A stretch of DNA of 32,000 bases, taken from Serratia odorifera. GTDB lineage: Bacteria; Pseudomonadota; Gammaproteobacteria; Enterobacterales; Enterobacteriaceae. Every line of letters starts with the position of its first letter. The first letter of the stretch is position 1. The stretch lies in assembly GCF_900635445.1 (NCBI RefSeq), contig NZ_LR134117.1:2443311-2475310 (forward strand), written 5' to 3'. Under the pieces are notes generated by a model, which made no database searches, was not told the origin of the DNA, and saw only the letters and a program-made list of their open reading frames with translations. Of the stretch, positions 8,647 through 18,538 are shown one piece after another. A program made the translations under genes and the position numbers.

Positions 8647-8662
8647 GTTTCATATATGAAAC
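8647..8662. promoter_or_regulatory. Perfect 16-bp palindrome, candidate operator (IclR-type?)
   Basis: GTTTCATATATGAAAC lies between the predicted -10 and the RBS of the first gene. Related half-sites are ATGAAAC (8486-8492) and TTTCATAT (8511-8518) in the same divergent intergenic region. Confidence 0.35.
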
Positions 8663-8684
8663 AATCAGATAGAGGAACGAAGCA

Positions 8685-9002
8685 ATGAGCTGGAAGAACG
8701 TGTGCGAAGTATCACAGGTGAAAGAAGATTTCCCTTACTCGGCGACGGTAGACGGCAAAGAGATCGGCGTTTATCTGATCGATGGCCAATTTTACGCGCT
8801 GGAAGACGTCTGCCCACACGCCTATGCCTTGCTCAGTCAGGGGTTTGTTGATGACGGCAAGGTCGAATGTCCGCTGCACGAGGCGTTATTCGATGTGCGC
8901 ACCGGCAAGTGCCTGCGCGAACCCGGCGGCCGCGATCTGCACACCTTTCCCACCCGGGTGATCGACGATCGTATCCAGATCACCCTTATCGAGGAGGAGT
9001 AA
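8685..9002 (+). CDS. Rieske [2Fe-2S] ferredoxin component
   Basis: 105 aa with CPH (VCPHAYALL) and CPLH (ECPLHEALF) Rieske ligand motifs. RBS agaggaa. Confidence 0.85.
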   Translation: MSWKNVCEVSQVKEDFPYSATVDGKEIGVYLIDGQFYALEDVCPHAYALLSQGFVDDGKVECPLHEALFDVRTGKCLREPGGRDLHTFPTRVIDDRIQITLIEEE

Positions 9003-9005
9003 CCC

Positions 9006-9314
9006 ATGCAGCACATCACCGATTTCAATCCCTGGCTGCCGGACACCCAACAGGTGATCCCGGCGCGGGAGGGCGGCAACGGCCAGATCCATCAGCCAGG
9101 CCAGTATCAGAACGTTATCTGGCAAACCCGCGCCCGGGTACCGGACGGTTTTGAAACCGCTCTGGTCGCGGCGCTGGAGCAGATCTTCGATGCGGGTGCG
9201 GAACAGCTGGATCAGATTGTCAGCGCGCTCAACCAGCGTCGGTTGTTCGATCGTAACGGTCAGCCCTGGAGTGAAGCGGGGTTCCGTGAGTTCCTTCAGG
9301 TTAATGGTTTCTGA
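9006..9314 (+). CDS. Hypothetical protein (102 aa), translationally close-coupled in the oxygenase operon
   Basis: Starts 3 nt after the ferredoxin stop. I recognise no catalytic motif. The C-terminal LDQIVSALNQRRLFDRNGQPWSEAGFREFL loosely resembles recombinase-type HTH segments (tentative). Confidence 0.55.
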   Translation: MQHITDFNPWLPDTQQVIPAREGGNGQIHQPGQYQNVIWQTRARVPDGFETALVAALEQIFDAGAEQLDQIVSALNQRRLFDRNGQPWSEAGFREFLQVNGF

Positions 9315-9333
9315 GCAGCACAGGGAGAAGACA

Positions 9334-10377
9334 ATGACAGCAAACACAACATCCTGCGCGCAGACCGTGCAAGGCTATCTTGACCAGGGGTTACGCGGCA
9401 TGTGGTATCCGGTGCTGGCGAGTTGGGAAGTGGGCAATAATCCGCTGGGCATCACCCGTCTGGAGCAGCAAATCGTGCTGTGGCGCGACGGCGAAGGTGC
9501 GATCCATGCCTTGGAAGATCGCTGCCCGCACCGTGGCGCACGGCTTTCGATGGGGTGGAATCTTGGCGATCGTATCGCCTGCTGGTATCACGGCGTGGAA
9601 GTTGGCGGCGACGGTACGGTAAAGGATGTCCCGGCGGTGGATCGCTGTCCGCTGGTCGGGCAAAAATGCCTGCGTTCCTATCCGGCCAAAGAGGCCTACG
9701 GTGCGATATTCCTCTTTTTCGGCGTCACCGCCGACCAACCGCCCAGCGAACTGGCATTCCCGCAGGAACTGGCCGATGACGAGTCGTACAGCAACTTTCT
9801 GTGTACTGCCAGCTGGGACTGCAATTATCAATATGCGCTGGAAAACGTCATGGATCCGATGCACGGCACTTACCTGCATTCGTCCTCACACTCGATGGCG
9901 GACGGCGATCGCAAGGCCGATATGGCGTTGGAACCTACCGACAGTGGCTTTATTTTCAAGAAAAACGGCCAGATTGGCGTCAATTTTGACTGGGTGGAAT
10001 TTGGCAACAGTGGCGCGTACTGGATGCGTCTGTCGATCCCCTACAAAAAGCGCTTTGGGCCGGGTGGGCATTTCTGGATCATCGGCATGGTGGTGCCGGA
10101 AGACAAGGATCATTGCCGAGTGTTCTTCTGGCGCATTCGCAAGGTGCAGGACTGGCAGCGTTCGTTGTGGCGTTTCATGTACCGCAATCGCCTGGAGCAG
10201 CTGCATTGGGACGTGTTGGAGCAGGATCGCATCGTGCTGGAAAACATGGCGCCGAACGCGCGCGGCCGCGAGTATCTGTATCAGCACGACGTCGGGCTTT
10301 CTCGCCTGCGCCGCATGATGCAAAAAGAAGCGCAAAGGCAGCTGGCGCAGCTCCATGAGCTGGAGGCCGCGCAGTGA
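9334..10377 (+). CDS. Rieske non-heme iron oxygenase, catalytic (alpha) subunit, no beta subunit
   Basis: From ATG 9334 (RBS agggagaag): MTANTT... Rieske motif CPHRGARLSMG...CWYHG; mononuclear iron motif ENVMDPMHGTYLH (E-x3-D-x2-H-x4-H). Confidence 0.85.
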   Translation: MTANTTSCAQTVQGYLDQGLRGMWYPVLASWEVGNNPLGITRLEQQIVLWRDGEGAIHALEDRCPHRGARLSMGWNLGDRIACWYHGVEVGGDGTVKDVPAVDRCPLVGQKCLRSYPAKEAYGAIFLFFGVTADQPPSELAFPQELADDESYSNFLCTASWDCNYQYALENVMDPMHGTYLHSSSHSMADGDRKADMALEPTDSGFIFKKNGQIGVNFDWVEFGNSGAYWMRLSIPYKKRFGPGGHFWIIGMVVPEDKDHCRVFFWRIRKVQDWQRSLWRFMYRNRLEQLHWDVLEQDRIVLENMAPNARGREYLYQHDVGLSRLRRMMQKEAQRQLAQLHELEAAQ

Positions 10378-11129
10378 ATGGCCTGCTGAGCGGCAAACGC
10401 ATTGTGGTGACCGGCGCCGCGCGCGGGCTGGGGCGCAGTTTTGCCGAGGCCATTGCCAGGGCCGGTGCCAGCGTGGTGATGTGCGACATCCTGGCAGATG
10501 AACTGCACGCCGGCGCAGCGACGCTGCGAGAACAAGGTGCGCAGGTAGAAGCGCTGGCGTTCGATCTGGCCGATCCGGCATCGATTGGCAACGCATTCGA
10601 CGCCATTGCCAAGGGCGGCGCGCTGGATGGGCTGGTGAACAACGGCGCGCTGGCGACCGGAGTCGGCGGCAAAACCATGATGGAATATGATATCGATCTG
10701 TGGGATCGGGTAATGCAAGTCAACGTGCGCGGTACCTGGCTGGTCAGTCAGGCAGCGGTGCCGCTGTTGGCGCAACGGCCGCACGCCAAAATCGTCAACG
10801 TGGCATCAGACACCGCCCTGTGGGGGGCACCGCGCCTGATGGCCTACGTTGCCAGCAAGGGGGCTATCGTGTCGATGACCCGTTCGATGGCGCGCGAGCT
10901 GGGTGAGCTGGGGATCTGCGTCAACGCCATTGCGCCGGGGTTGACGCGGGTCGAAGCCACCGAATATGTGCCGGCCGAGCGTCACCAGCTGTACGAGCAG
11001 GGCCGTGCACTGCCCGGCGCGCAGCATCCCGATGATGTCACCGGCAGTGTGCTGTACCTGCTGTCACCGCTGGCGAACTTTGTCACTGGACAACTGTTGC
11101 CGGTCAACGGCGGCTTTGTATTCAACTAA
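10374..11129 (+). CDS. Short-chain dehydrogenase/reductase
   Basis: GTG start overlaps the upstream TGA (GTGA). It has TGAARGLG cofactor and YVASK catalytic motifs. Confidence 0.85.
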   Translation: MNGLLSGKRIVVTGAARGLGRSFAEAIARAGASVVMCDILADELHAGAATLREQGAQVEALAFDLADPASIGNAFDAIAKGGALDGLVNNGALATGVGGKTMMEYDIDLWDRVMQVNVRGTWLVSQAAVPLLAQRPHAKIVNVASDTALWGAPRLMAYVASKGAIVSMTRSMARELGELGICVNAIAPGLTRVEATEYVPAERHQLYEQGRALPGAQHPDDVTGSVLYLLSPLANFVTGQLLPVNGGFVFN

Positions 11130-11159
11130 TCGCGTCAAGCGAGAGATAAGGATCCGAGC

Positions 11160-11954
11160 ATGGCAGACGAACAAGCGTGTAAATATCTGATCCCGGGATT
11201 GGATCGCGGTTTGCAACTGTTGCTGGCATTTGGCGAGCAGCACAAGGAAATGACCTTTGCAGAATTACATCGCCTGGTCGACATGCCCAAGGCTACCGCC
11301 TACCGCGTGGTGCAAACGCTGGAGCATTTGGGCTTCCTCGAGCGTAATCCGCGCACCAACACCTTCGCGTTGGGCATCAAGGTATTGCGGCTCGGTTTCG
11401 AGTATATCGCGTCGCTGGACGTGGCGCAGGCCGGACAGCCGGTGATCGAACAGCTGCGCGATCGCAGCCAGTGCAGCAGCCATCTGGCGATCCGCGATGA
11501 GCGCGACGTGATCTACATTGCTCGCGTTAGCGCCGCCGGCTCGCAGATCAACCAGGTCAGCGTCGGTACTCGCCTGCCGGTGCATCAGACCTCGCTGGGC
11601 CGCATGTTGCTGACCAGCACTTCGCGCGCCGAATTTGACCTGCTGTACCCGGATGAAAGCTTGCCGGACAACGCGCCGGGAGCACCGACCAGCCGCGAAG
11701 CGCTGTGGCAGATGGTGCAGCAGGATAAAGCGCGCGGCTACGTGATCGGCGAATCGTTTTTCCGTCACGGCATTTCGTCGATCGTCTATCCGATCTTCAA
11801 CCGTGAACAGCGGGTGGAAGCGGTAGTGAGCATCATGGTGCCGTTCGATCAGATCCCGACGGCGGATCGCGAACGGCTGCGGATGGAAGTTCGCGATGCG
11901 GCGGAAAAGATCTCCGGTTTCCTCGGCGCCGCGCCACAGGCCAACGTCGGATAA
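11160..11954 (+). CDS. IclR-family transcriptional regulator
   Basis: 264 aa with an N-terminal wHTH (LDRGLQLLLAF...MTFAELHRLVDMPKATAYRVVQTLEHLGFLER) plus a C-terminal effector domain. RBS aagga. Confidence 0.85.
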   Translation: MADEQACKYLIPGLDRGLQLLLAFGEQHKEMTFAELHRLVDMPKATAYRVVQTLEHLGFLERNPRTNTFALGIKVLRLGFEYIASLDVAQAGQPVIEQLRDRSQCSSHLAIRDERDVIYIARVSAAGSQINQVSVGTRLPVHQTSLGRMLLTSTSRAEFDLLYPDESLPDNAPGAPTSREALWQMVQQDKARGYVIGESFFRHGISSIVYPIFNREQRVEAVVSIMVPFDQIPTADRERLRMEVRDAAEKISGFLGAAPQANVG

Positions 11955-12053
11955 CACCTATTTACTCAGGCAGAGATGAGGTTCCTGATGCACAGGGGCC
12001 TGGGGGCGATCGTGCCTGAAAACAGCATTCAGCGAGAACGTGAGGCAGAAAAG

Positions 12054-12983
12054 ATGAGCGTAATCGGTATCGAAAAACTGGAATTTGGCGTTGAAGATCT
12101 GTCAGCGTGCGCAAAATTCATGCAAGACTTCGGCCTGCAGGCCAGCGCCGGCAATGGCGCAGAGTTCACCACGCTGAGCGGTGCCCGCGTGGCGTTACAT
12201 CCGCTGGCAAGCAGCGAACTGCCGCCGGCGTTCGAGGCCGGCTCCACGCTGCGCCGCATGACCTGGGGCGTGGCCGACTCGGCACAGCTGGCGGCGCTGG
12301 CGTCAAGATTGGCGCAGCAGCCGGGCTTTCGCCAACGGGATGATGCGCTGGAGTGCCGCGATCCCAATGGCATGACGCTGCGCATTATCGTCAGCCAACA
12401 GCGCGACGTGTCGCTGCCGGTGTCGCCGATCAACCAGTGGGGCGACGTGCGGCGCATTGATGAGCCCAGCCCGGTCTATGCGCAGGCGCAGCCGATCAAC
12501 ATCGGCCACGTGGTGTTCTTTGTCGAAGATCTGGCGGCCACCGAGCGTTTCTACTGCGATTTGCTGGGCTTCCAGGTGTCTGACCGCTACATCGATCGCG
12601 CGGTCTTTCTGCGCACACAACCGCGTGGTGGCCACCATAACCTGTTCCTGCTGAAATTGCCGAACCGGCCGCGTGGCCTCAACCATGTGGCATTCACCGT
12701 GCGTGACATTCACGAAGTGATTGGCGGCGGGCTGGCGATGAATAAACAGCAGTGGAGCACTTTTATCGGCCCCGGTCGTCACCCGATTTCTTCTGCCTAT
12801 TTCTGGTATGTCAATAGCCCGACCGGCGGCGCGTTCGAGTATTACACCAACGACGATTTTCTGACGGAAAACTGGCAGCCGCGCGAACTGGAGCATTCGC
12901 TGGTGTCGTTTACCGAATGGGCGGTAGAAGGGGGGATCGATCATGATACCCGCCGCCAGCACAAACCGGTGAATGCGTTATGA
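12054..12983 (+). CDS. Two-domain VOC-family extradiol ring-cleavage dioxygenase
   Basis: From ATG 12054: MSVIGIEKLEFGVEDL... Candidate H/H/E metal ligands are IGHVVFFV, LNHVAFTV and GAFEYYT. The longer track ORF (11976) lacks an RBS. Confidence 0.8.
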   Translation: MSVIGIEKLEFGVEDLSACAKFMQDFGLQASAGNGAEFTTLSGARVALHPLASSELPPAFEAGSTLRRMTWGVADSAQLAALASRLAQQPGFRQRDDALECRDPNGMTLRIIVSQQRDVSLPVSPINQWGDVRRIDEPSPVYAQAQPINIGHVVFFVEDLAATERFYCDLLGFQVSDRYIDRAVFLRTQPRGGHHNLFLLKLPNRPRGLNHVAFTVRDIHEVIGGGLAMNKQQWSTFIGPGRHPISSAYFWYVNSPTGGAFEYYTNDDFLTENWQPRELEHSLVSFTEWAVEGGIDHDTRRQHKPVNAL

Positions 12984-14190
12984 GCCCGATACCTGATGCG
13001 GGCATGGTGATCGTCGGCGGCGGTCAGGCCGGCGGCTGGGCGGCGAAAACGCTGCGCGATCGCGGTTACACCGGCCGGCTGTCGGTGGTGAGTGACGAAC
13101 CCTATGACTTTTATGAACGTCCGCCGCTGTCCAAGGCGGCGCTGCTCGACGCTAACGCACCGCTGAGCCGTTTGTTCAGTGAGTCGGCGGTGGCAGCGCT
13201 GAACATTGACTGGTATCGCCCGCTACGCGCCGAACAGATTGATGCGCAGGCACAGACGGTAACGCTCAGTGACGGCCGACGGTTGCGTTTTACCCAGCTG
13301 TTGATCGCCACCGGTGGTCGACCGCGCCTGCCGGATGCCCGCTGGGCCGCACAGCCACAGGTCATGACGCTGCGCTCGTGGGATGACGCCGCGCGGCTGC
13401 GCCAGGCGCTGCAACAGAGCCGCCGGTTGGCGATTGTCGGCGGTGGCTGGATCGGGCTGGAGATTGCCGCTTCGGCGCGCAAGCTCGGTGTGGAAGTGAC
13501 GGTGTTCGAGCGCCAGCCGGCCCTGTGCATGCGCAGCGTCGGTGCCGAGGTTTCGCAGGCGCTGTTGGAACTGCATCAGCAGCAGGGCGTTACCCTGCAC
13601 TGCGACTGCGGCGAGATAACGCTGGCACAGCGCGACGGCGCGGCGTGGCTGGGTAGCGCGGTCAGTGCGCAGCAGCCATTTGATTTGGTGGTGGTCGGTA
13701 TCGGTGTGGAACTGAACCTGGAACTGGCACGCAGCGCCGGATTGCAGATTGAGGGCGGCATTGTAGTGGACGGGCAGGGGCGTACCAGCCACCCGGCGAT
13801 TTTCGCGCCGGCGACGTGGCGCGCCATCCGACGCTTGGCCTGTGTCTGCAGTCGTGGGCCTATGCACAAAACCAGGCGATCAGCACCGCCTGCGCCATGC
13901 TGGATGCCGCCGCCGCGCCTTACGACGACGTGGCCTGGCTGTGGTCGGATCAATACGACGCCAATATTCAGATCCTTGGCGTGCCAACCGGCGGGGTGCA
14001 TCAGGTGGTGCGCCGCACGCCGCAGTCGCAGCTGTTTTTTACCCTGAATGCCGATCGGCAACTGGTGCAAATGGTGGCATTCAACGACGCGCGCGCCATC
14101 AAGCTCGGCAAACGCTGGTTAGCCAGCGGTCGGGTATTGGATCCGCAGCAATTGGCGGATGCGGAATTTTCTCTGATGGCGTTGAAATAA
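12980..14190 (+). pseudogene. FAD/NAD(P)H ferredoxin reductase component, apparent 1-nt deletion
   Basis: ATGA overlap with the dioxygenase. It has VIVGGGQAGG and AIVGGGWIGLE dinucleotide folds. The frame breaks at ttcgcgccggcgac (~13806-13809), where IFA|AGDVARHPTLGLCLQSWAYAQNQA is expected. It continues in track ORF 13816..14190. Confidence 0.8.
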
Positions 14191-14293
14191 TTCCCCGCTG
14201 CCTGCCGCGTAACGGCCAGACGGCAACGCGCCTCCTCGGTTAAGCCACGAGGAAGGCGCCGCGGGCAGGCCTGGGAAAAACCGGGAGCGTTTC

Positions 14294-15551
14294 ATGACTA
14301 CGCAACATATTGACACCCGCGCTGGTCGGGTGGGGGAAACCGTTGTCGAAAATCAGCCGCAGCGGGTGCGCTGGTCGGTGCCGATGGCGCTGTTTGCCTG
14401 CGTATTGCTGGCGTTTTTTGACAAGATCAGCATTGCGGCGCTGTTTTCCGACAGCGCATTCCAGCAGGCGTTGGGCATCAGTTTTGATCCGACGCGGCTT
14501 GGCTTGCTGATGAGCGCCTTCCTGTTTTCCTACGGATTTTCGTCGATGCTGTTAAGCGGCATCGGCGATCGGCTGAACCCGACCAAGGTGCTGGTCGGCA
14601 TGATGATCGTCTGGGGGCGTGCTGATGGTGCTGATGGGGCTGACGCGCTCTTACCACACCATGATGACGCTGCGCATCCTGCTTGGCATTGCCGAAGGGC
14701 CGTTGCTGCCGATGGCCTACGCCATCATTCGCCAGGCTTTTCCCCAGCGTTTGCAGGCGCGTGCCACCATGCTGTGGCTGCTGGGGACGCCGCTCGGTGC
14801 GGCGCTCGGCTTCCCGGTCACGTTGTTTATTCTCAACACCTTCAACTGGCAGGCCACCTTCTTCTTTATGGCGTTTCTGACGCTGCCGGTGATGCTGCTG
14901 GTGCTGTTCGGTCTGCGTCATCTGCAGGTACAACGGGAGGAAAAAACGCAGCAAACCCTGCCGGCAGAACGCCGACAGCATCGTCGCGCACTGCTGCGTA
15001 ATCCGCACTTCTGGATGATCTGCCTGTTCAATATCGCCTTCCTCACCTACCTGTGGGGGATGAACGGCTGGCTGCCGAGTTATCTGATCAAGGGTAAAGG
15101 CATCCATCTGGAACACGCCGGCTATCTGTCTTCGCTGCCGTTTATCGCCATGCTGCTGGGGGAAGTGCTGGGGGCGTGGCTGTCGGACAAGCTGGATCGT
15201 CGCGCGCTGGCCTGCTTTTTCTCGCTGGGTGGCGCAGGGCTGGGGTTGGCGGCGGTGCTGCATTTGCATGGTACCTACAGCGTGATTGCCGCCATGGCGT
15301 TCAGCACCTTCATGTGGGGCGCCGGCGCGCCGAACATTTTCGCCCTGCTGGCGAAGGCGACCAGCAGTAAGGTGAGCGCCACCGCCGGCGGCATTTTCAA
15401 TGGATTGGGCAATTTTGCCGGCGCGTTGGCGCCGGTGCTGATGGGGGCGTTGATCGCCGCTACCAGCAACATGGATAACGGCCTGTTGTTCCTGGTGGTG
15501 ATGGCCTTTGTCGGCTGCATCATTCTGCTGCCGTTACTGAAGAAATACTGA
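14294..15551 (+). pseudogene. MFS transporter of the catabolic cluster, apparent 1-nt insertion
   Basis: Track ORFs 14294..15001 and 14619..15551 join at the G5 run 14613-14617 (MMIVWG|VLMVLMGLTRS). Length minus 1 nt is 419 codons. Confidence 0.8.
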
Positions 15552-15579
15552 GTGAGCCACGTAATTAAGGAGTGAAACC

Positions 15580-16107
15580 ATGTCACAGATTGAGCAAAAA
15601 ACCGCGATCAAGCCGCAGGATATGACCATGGCGAACTGGGTGGAATCACGCATCGCCCGTTTTGAAGGTCGTAAATATGACTGGAACGCGCTGAAGGTTC
15701 CAGGCGGATTTCGATGCCAAATACCGCCGTGCGCAGATGCGCTACATCGGCACCGGCGCTACCGGCGTCGCCAGCGACGTTAACACCGTGCCCGCCGGCA
15801 ACTTCACCTTCTCGACCATGGTGCTGCCGTCGAAATGCGAAGGGCCGCTGCATTTGCACGACGACGTTGAAGAAGTGTTCTTCATGCTGAAAGGCAGCAT
15901 CACGCTGATGATTCAGGACGGCGAGCGTATTACGAAACGGTGCTGAAAGAGCGCGATCTGATTTCGGTACCGGCAGGCATTTATCGCGGCCTGTTTAACC
16001 ATGGCGAAGAAGAGGCGCTGATGTGCGTGATGCTCGGCACCGCCAAGCCGGAAATCCCGACCTATCCGGCGGACCATCCTTTGTCGAAAGTGAAGCGCAA
16101 CGGATGA
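15580..16107 (+). pseudogene. Cupin-domain protein, two apparent indels (+1 and -1)
   Basis: Cupin motif GPLHLHDDVEEVFFMLKG. There is an insertion at aaGGttc (15696-15697) and a deletion near 15927-15930. The repaired product ends ...GTAKPEIPTYPADHPLSKVKRNG* (TGA 16105-16107). Confidence 0.7.
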
Positions 16108-16921
16108 ACGCATTGCCGGAACGCCGACAGGCGAACTGTAACGGCCATCTGTTGAGCTGGCGCGAAGCCGGGCAGGGCCGACCGGTAGTGTTGCTGCATG
16201 GTATCAGTTCCGGCTCGGCGTCATGGGTGAAGCAGTTGACCGACGCGCGCCTGGCTGCCGGGCATCGGTTGATCGCCTGGGATGCGCCGGGTTATGGCGG
16301 CAGCGCGCCGCTGGCCGACGCTCAGCCGGATGCCGCCGCTTACGCCCGCGCGTTGGCGGCGCTGATCGACCATTTGCAACTGGCGCAGCCCCTGGTGATC
16401 GGCCATTCGCTGGGCGCGCTGATTGGCAGCGCCTATGCGGCGGAGTATCCGTATGGCCTGAACGGCTTGGTGCTGGCGGATCCGGCGCAGGGTTATGGCA
16501 GCGCAACGGCAGAAAACGCCGGCAGGTTTATCAGCAGCGCCAGCAGATGATGGCAACGCTGGGGCCGCAGGGTTACGGCGAACAACGGGCGGCGGCGTTG
16601 TTACGTGAAGGCGCCGACCCGCAGGATATTGCCTGGGTGCAGAGCGCTATGCGGCAGCTCAATCCACCGGTTTTCTCAGCGCCGCCTGGATGTTGGCCAA
16701 TGACGATATCGGCGCTTATTTGATGCGTTATCGCGGCCCGTTGCAGGTGTGGTGCGGCGACGTTGACCAGATTACACCACCGGCAGGCGGCAGGCGAACT
16801 GGCACAACGGCAGGATGCCGAACTGCGGTTGATAACCGATGCCGGACACGCCAGCTACCTTGACGCGCCGTCGGTGTTTAACCGTTATATGCAGGAATTT
16901 ACGAGGGCAATCCAAGCATGA
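16104..16921 (+). pseudogene. Alpha/beta-fold hydrolase (meta-cleavage-product hydrolase-like), three apparent indels
   Basis: ATGA overlap with the cupin. It has HGISSGSASW and a nucleophile elbow GHSLG. Deletions lie at the A4 run 16513-16516 and near 16664-16668, with an insertion near 16785-16788. It ends ...DAGHASYLDAPSVFNRYMQEFTRAIQA* (TGA 16919-16921). Confidence 0.75.
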
Positions 16922-17713
16922 ATTTCCAGATAGAGGGACGGGTAGCGGTCGTGACCGGCGGCTCCTCGGGCATCGGTTTCGAAACCCTGCGGCTGTTGCT
17001 GGCGGAAGGCGCGCGGGTGGCGTTCTGCGGCCGCAACCAGGACAAGCTTGACGCCGCGCTGGCGCAGCTGCGCGAGGCGTTTCCGCAGGCGGAGATCGTC
17101 GCCGCACGTTGCGATGTGCTGGACGCCGCGCAGGTGGCGCAATTTGCCGCCGAGGTCACGCAGCGCTTCGGCGGCGTGGACATGCTGATCAACAACGCCG
17201 GGCAGGGCTTTGTTGCCGATTTTGAGCAAACGCCGCGCGAGGCCCTGGCTGCATGAAGCCGAACTGAAACTGTTCGGCGTTATCAATCCGCTGCAGGCGT
17301 TCCTGCCGGCGCTGGAGCGCTCGGACATCGCCTCGATCACCTGCGTCAACTCTCTGCTGGCGTTACAGCCGGAAGAGCACATGATCGCCACCTCGGCGGC
17401 GCGTGCGGCCTTGCTGAACATGACGCTGACATTGTCAAAACAGCTGGTCGACAAAGGTATTCGGGTTAATTCGATTCTGCTGGGCATGGTGGAGTCTGGT
17501 CAATGGCGTCGCCGCTTTGCCGAGCGTAGCGACCAGCAGCAGAGCTGGGAGACGTGGACGGCGGCGATCGCCGAGCGGCGAGGCATCCCGATGAAGCGAT
17601 TGGGTAAACCGCAAGAGCCGGCGCGGGCGTTGCTGTTCCTGGCGTCGCCGATGGCCTCCTTTACCACCGGAGCGGCGCTGGACGTGTCCGGCGGCTTCAA
17701 CCGACATCTGTAA
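16918..17713 (+). pseudogene. Short-chain dehydrogenase/reductase, apparent 1-nt insertion
   Basis: ATGA overlap with the hydrolase. MNFQIEGRVAVVTGGSSGIGFE... An extra C in ggCCCtgg (17243-17245) splits it into track ORFs 16918..17256 and 17210..17713. Confidence 0.8.
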
Positions 17714-17725
17714 GCAGGAGCGACA

Positions 17726-18514
17726 ATGAAAAAGATCATGATGATCGGCTACGGTGCGATGGCAAAAGAAGTGCTGGCGCGTTTGCCGCAGGGGGTCGTG
17801 CCAGGGTGGATCGTGGCGCGTGACGCACATCATGCAGCGATTGCCGAAGCCTATGGCGATCGGGTGCCGGCGTTGACCGATCCGGCGCAATGTGACGGCC
17901 GGCCGGATCTGGTGCTGGAGTGCGCCAGCCAGCAGGCGGTGGCGGAATTTGGCGAAGCGGTGGTGCAGCGCGGCTGGACGCTGGCGGTGATTTCAACCGG
18001 CGCGCTGGCGGACGCGGCGCTGCAATTACGCATTCAGCAGGCCTGCCAACGCCACCACGGGCGGTTGTGGGTGCTGTCTGGTGCCATTGCCGGTATGGAC
18101 GGGCTGGCGTCTGCGCGCGAGGGCGGGTTGGAGAGCGTGACCTATCAGGCCAGCAAAAGCCCGGCCAGCTGGCGCGGCAGCCTGGCGGAAAAACTCATTG
18201 ATCTGGATGCGGTCAGCGAAACGCGGGTGTTCTTTGACGGCACGGCGCGCGAGGCGGCACGGCTGTTCCCGGCCAATGCCAACGTTGCCGCCACCATCGC
18301 CCTGCATGGCGTGGGGATGGATGCTACCCGGGTTCGTTTGCAAGTGGATCCGCATACCCGCCACAACAGTCATCAATTACGGGTCAGCGGCCGCTTTGGC
18401 GAATTCCAGATGCAGCTGAGCGGCAATCCGTTGGCCGGCAACCCGAAAACCTCGACGCTGGCGGCGTTAAGCGCGGTGCAAGCCTGCCGCCGTTTGGTCG
18501 ACGGCGGCTGCTAG
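17726..18514 (+). CDS. L-aspartate dehydrogenase family (NadX-like) protein
   Basis: 262 aa: MKKIMMIGYGAMAKEV (Rossmann), ...SGAIAGMDGL..., ...NVAATIALHG...HQLRVSGRFGEFQMQLSGNPLAGNPKTS..., typical of the aspartate dehydrogenase domain family. RBS aggag. Confidence 0.75.
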   Translation: MKKIMMIGYGAMAKEVLARLPQGVVPGWIVARDAHHAAIAEAYGDRVPALTDPAQCDGRPDLVLECASQQAVAEFGEAVVQRGWTLAVISTGALADAALQLRIQQACQRHHGRLWVLSGAIAGMDGLASAREGGLESVTYQASKSPASWRGSLAEKLIDLDAVSETRVFFDGTAREAARLFPANANVAATIALHGVGMDATRVRLQVDPHTRHNSHQLRVSGRFGEFQMQLSGNPLAGNPKTSTLAALSAVQACRRLVDGGC

Positions 18515-18538
18515 CTGCCGAACTGTAGGAGTCATAGC

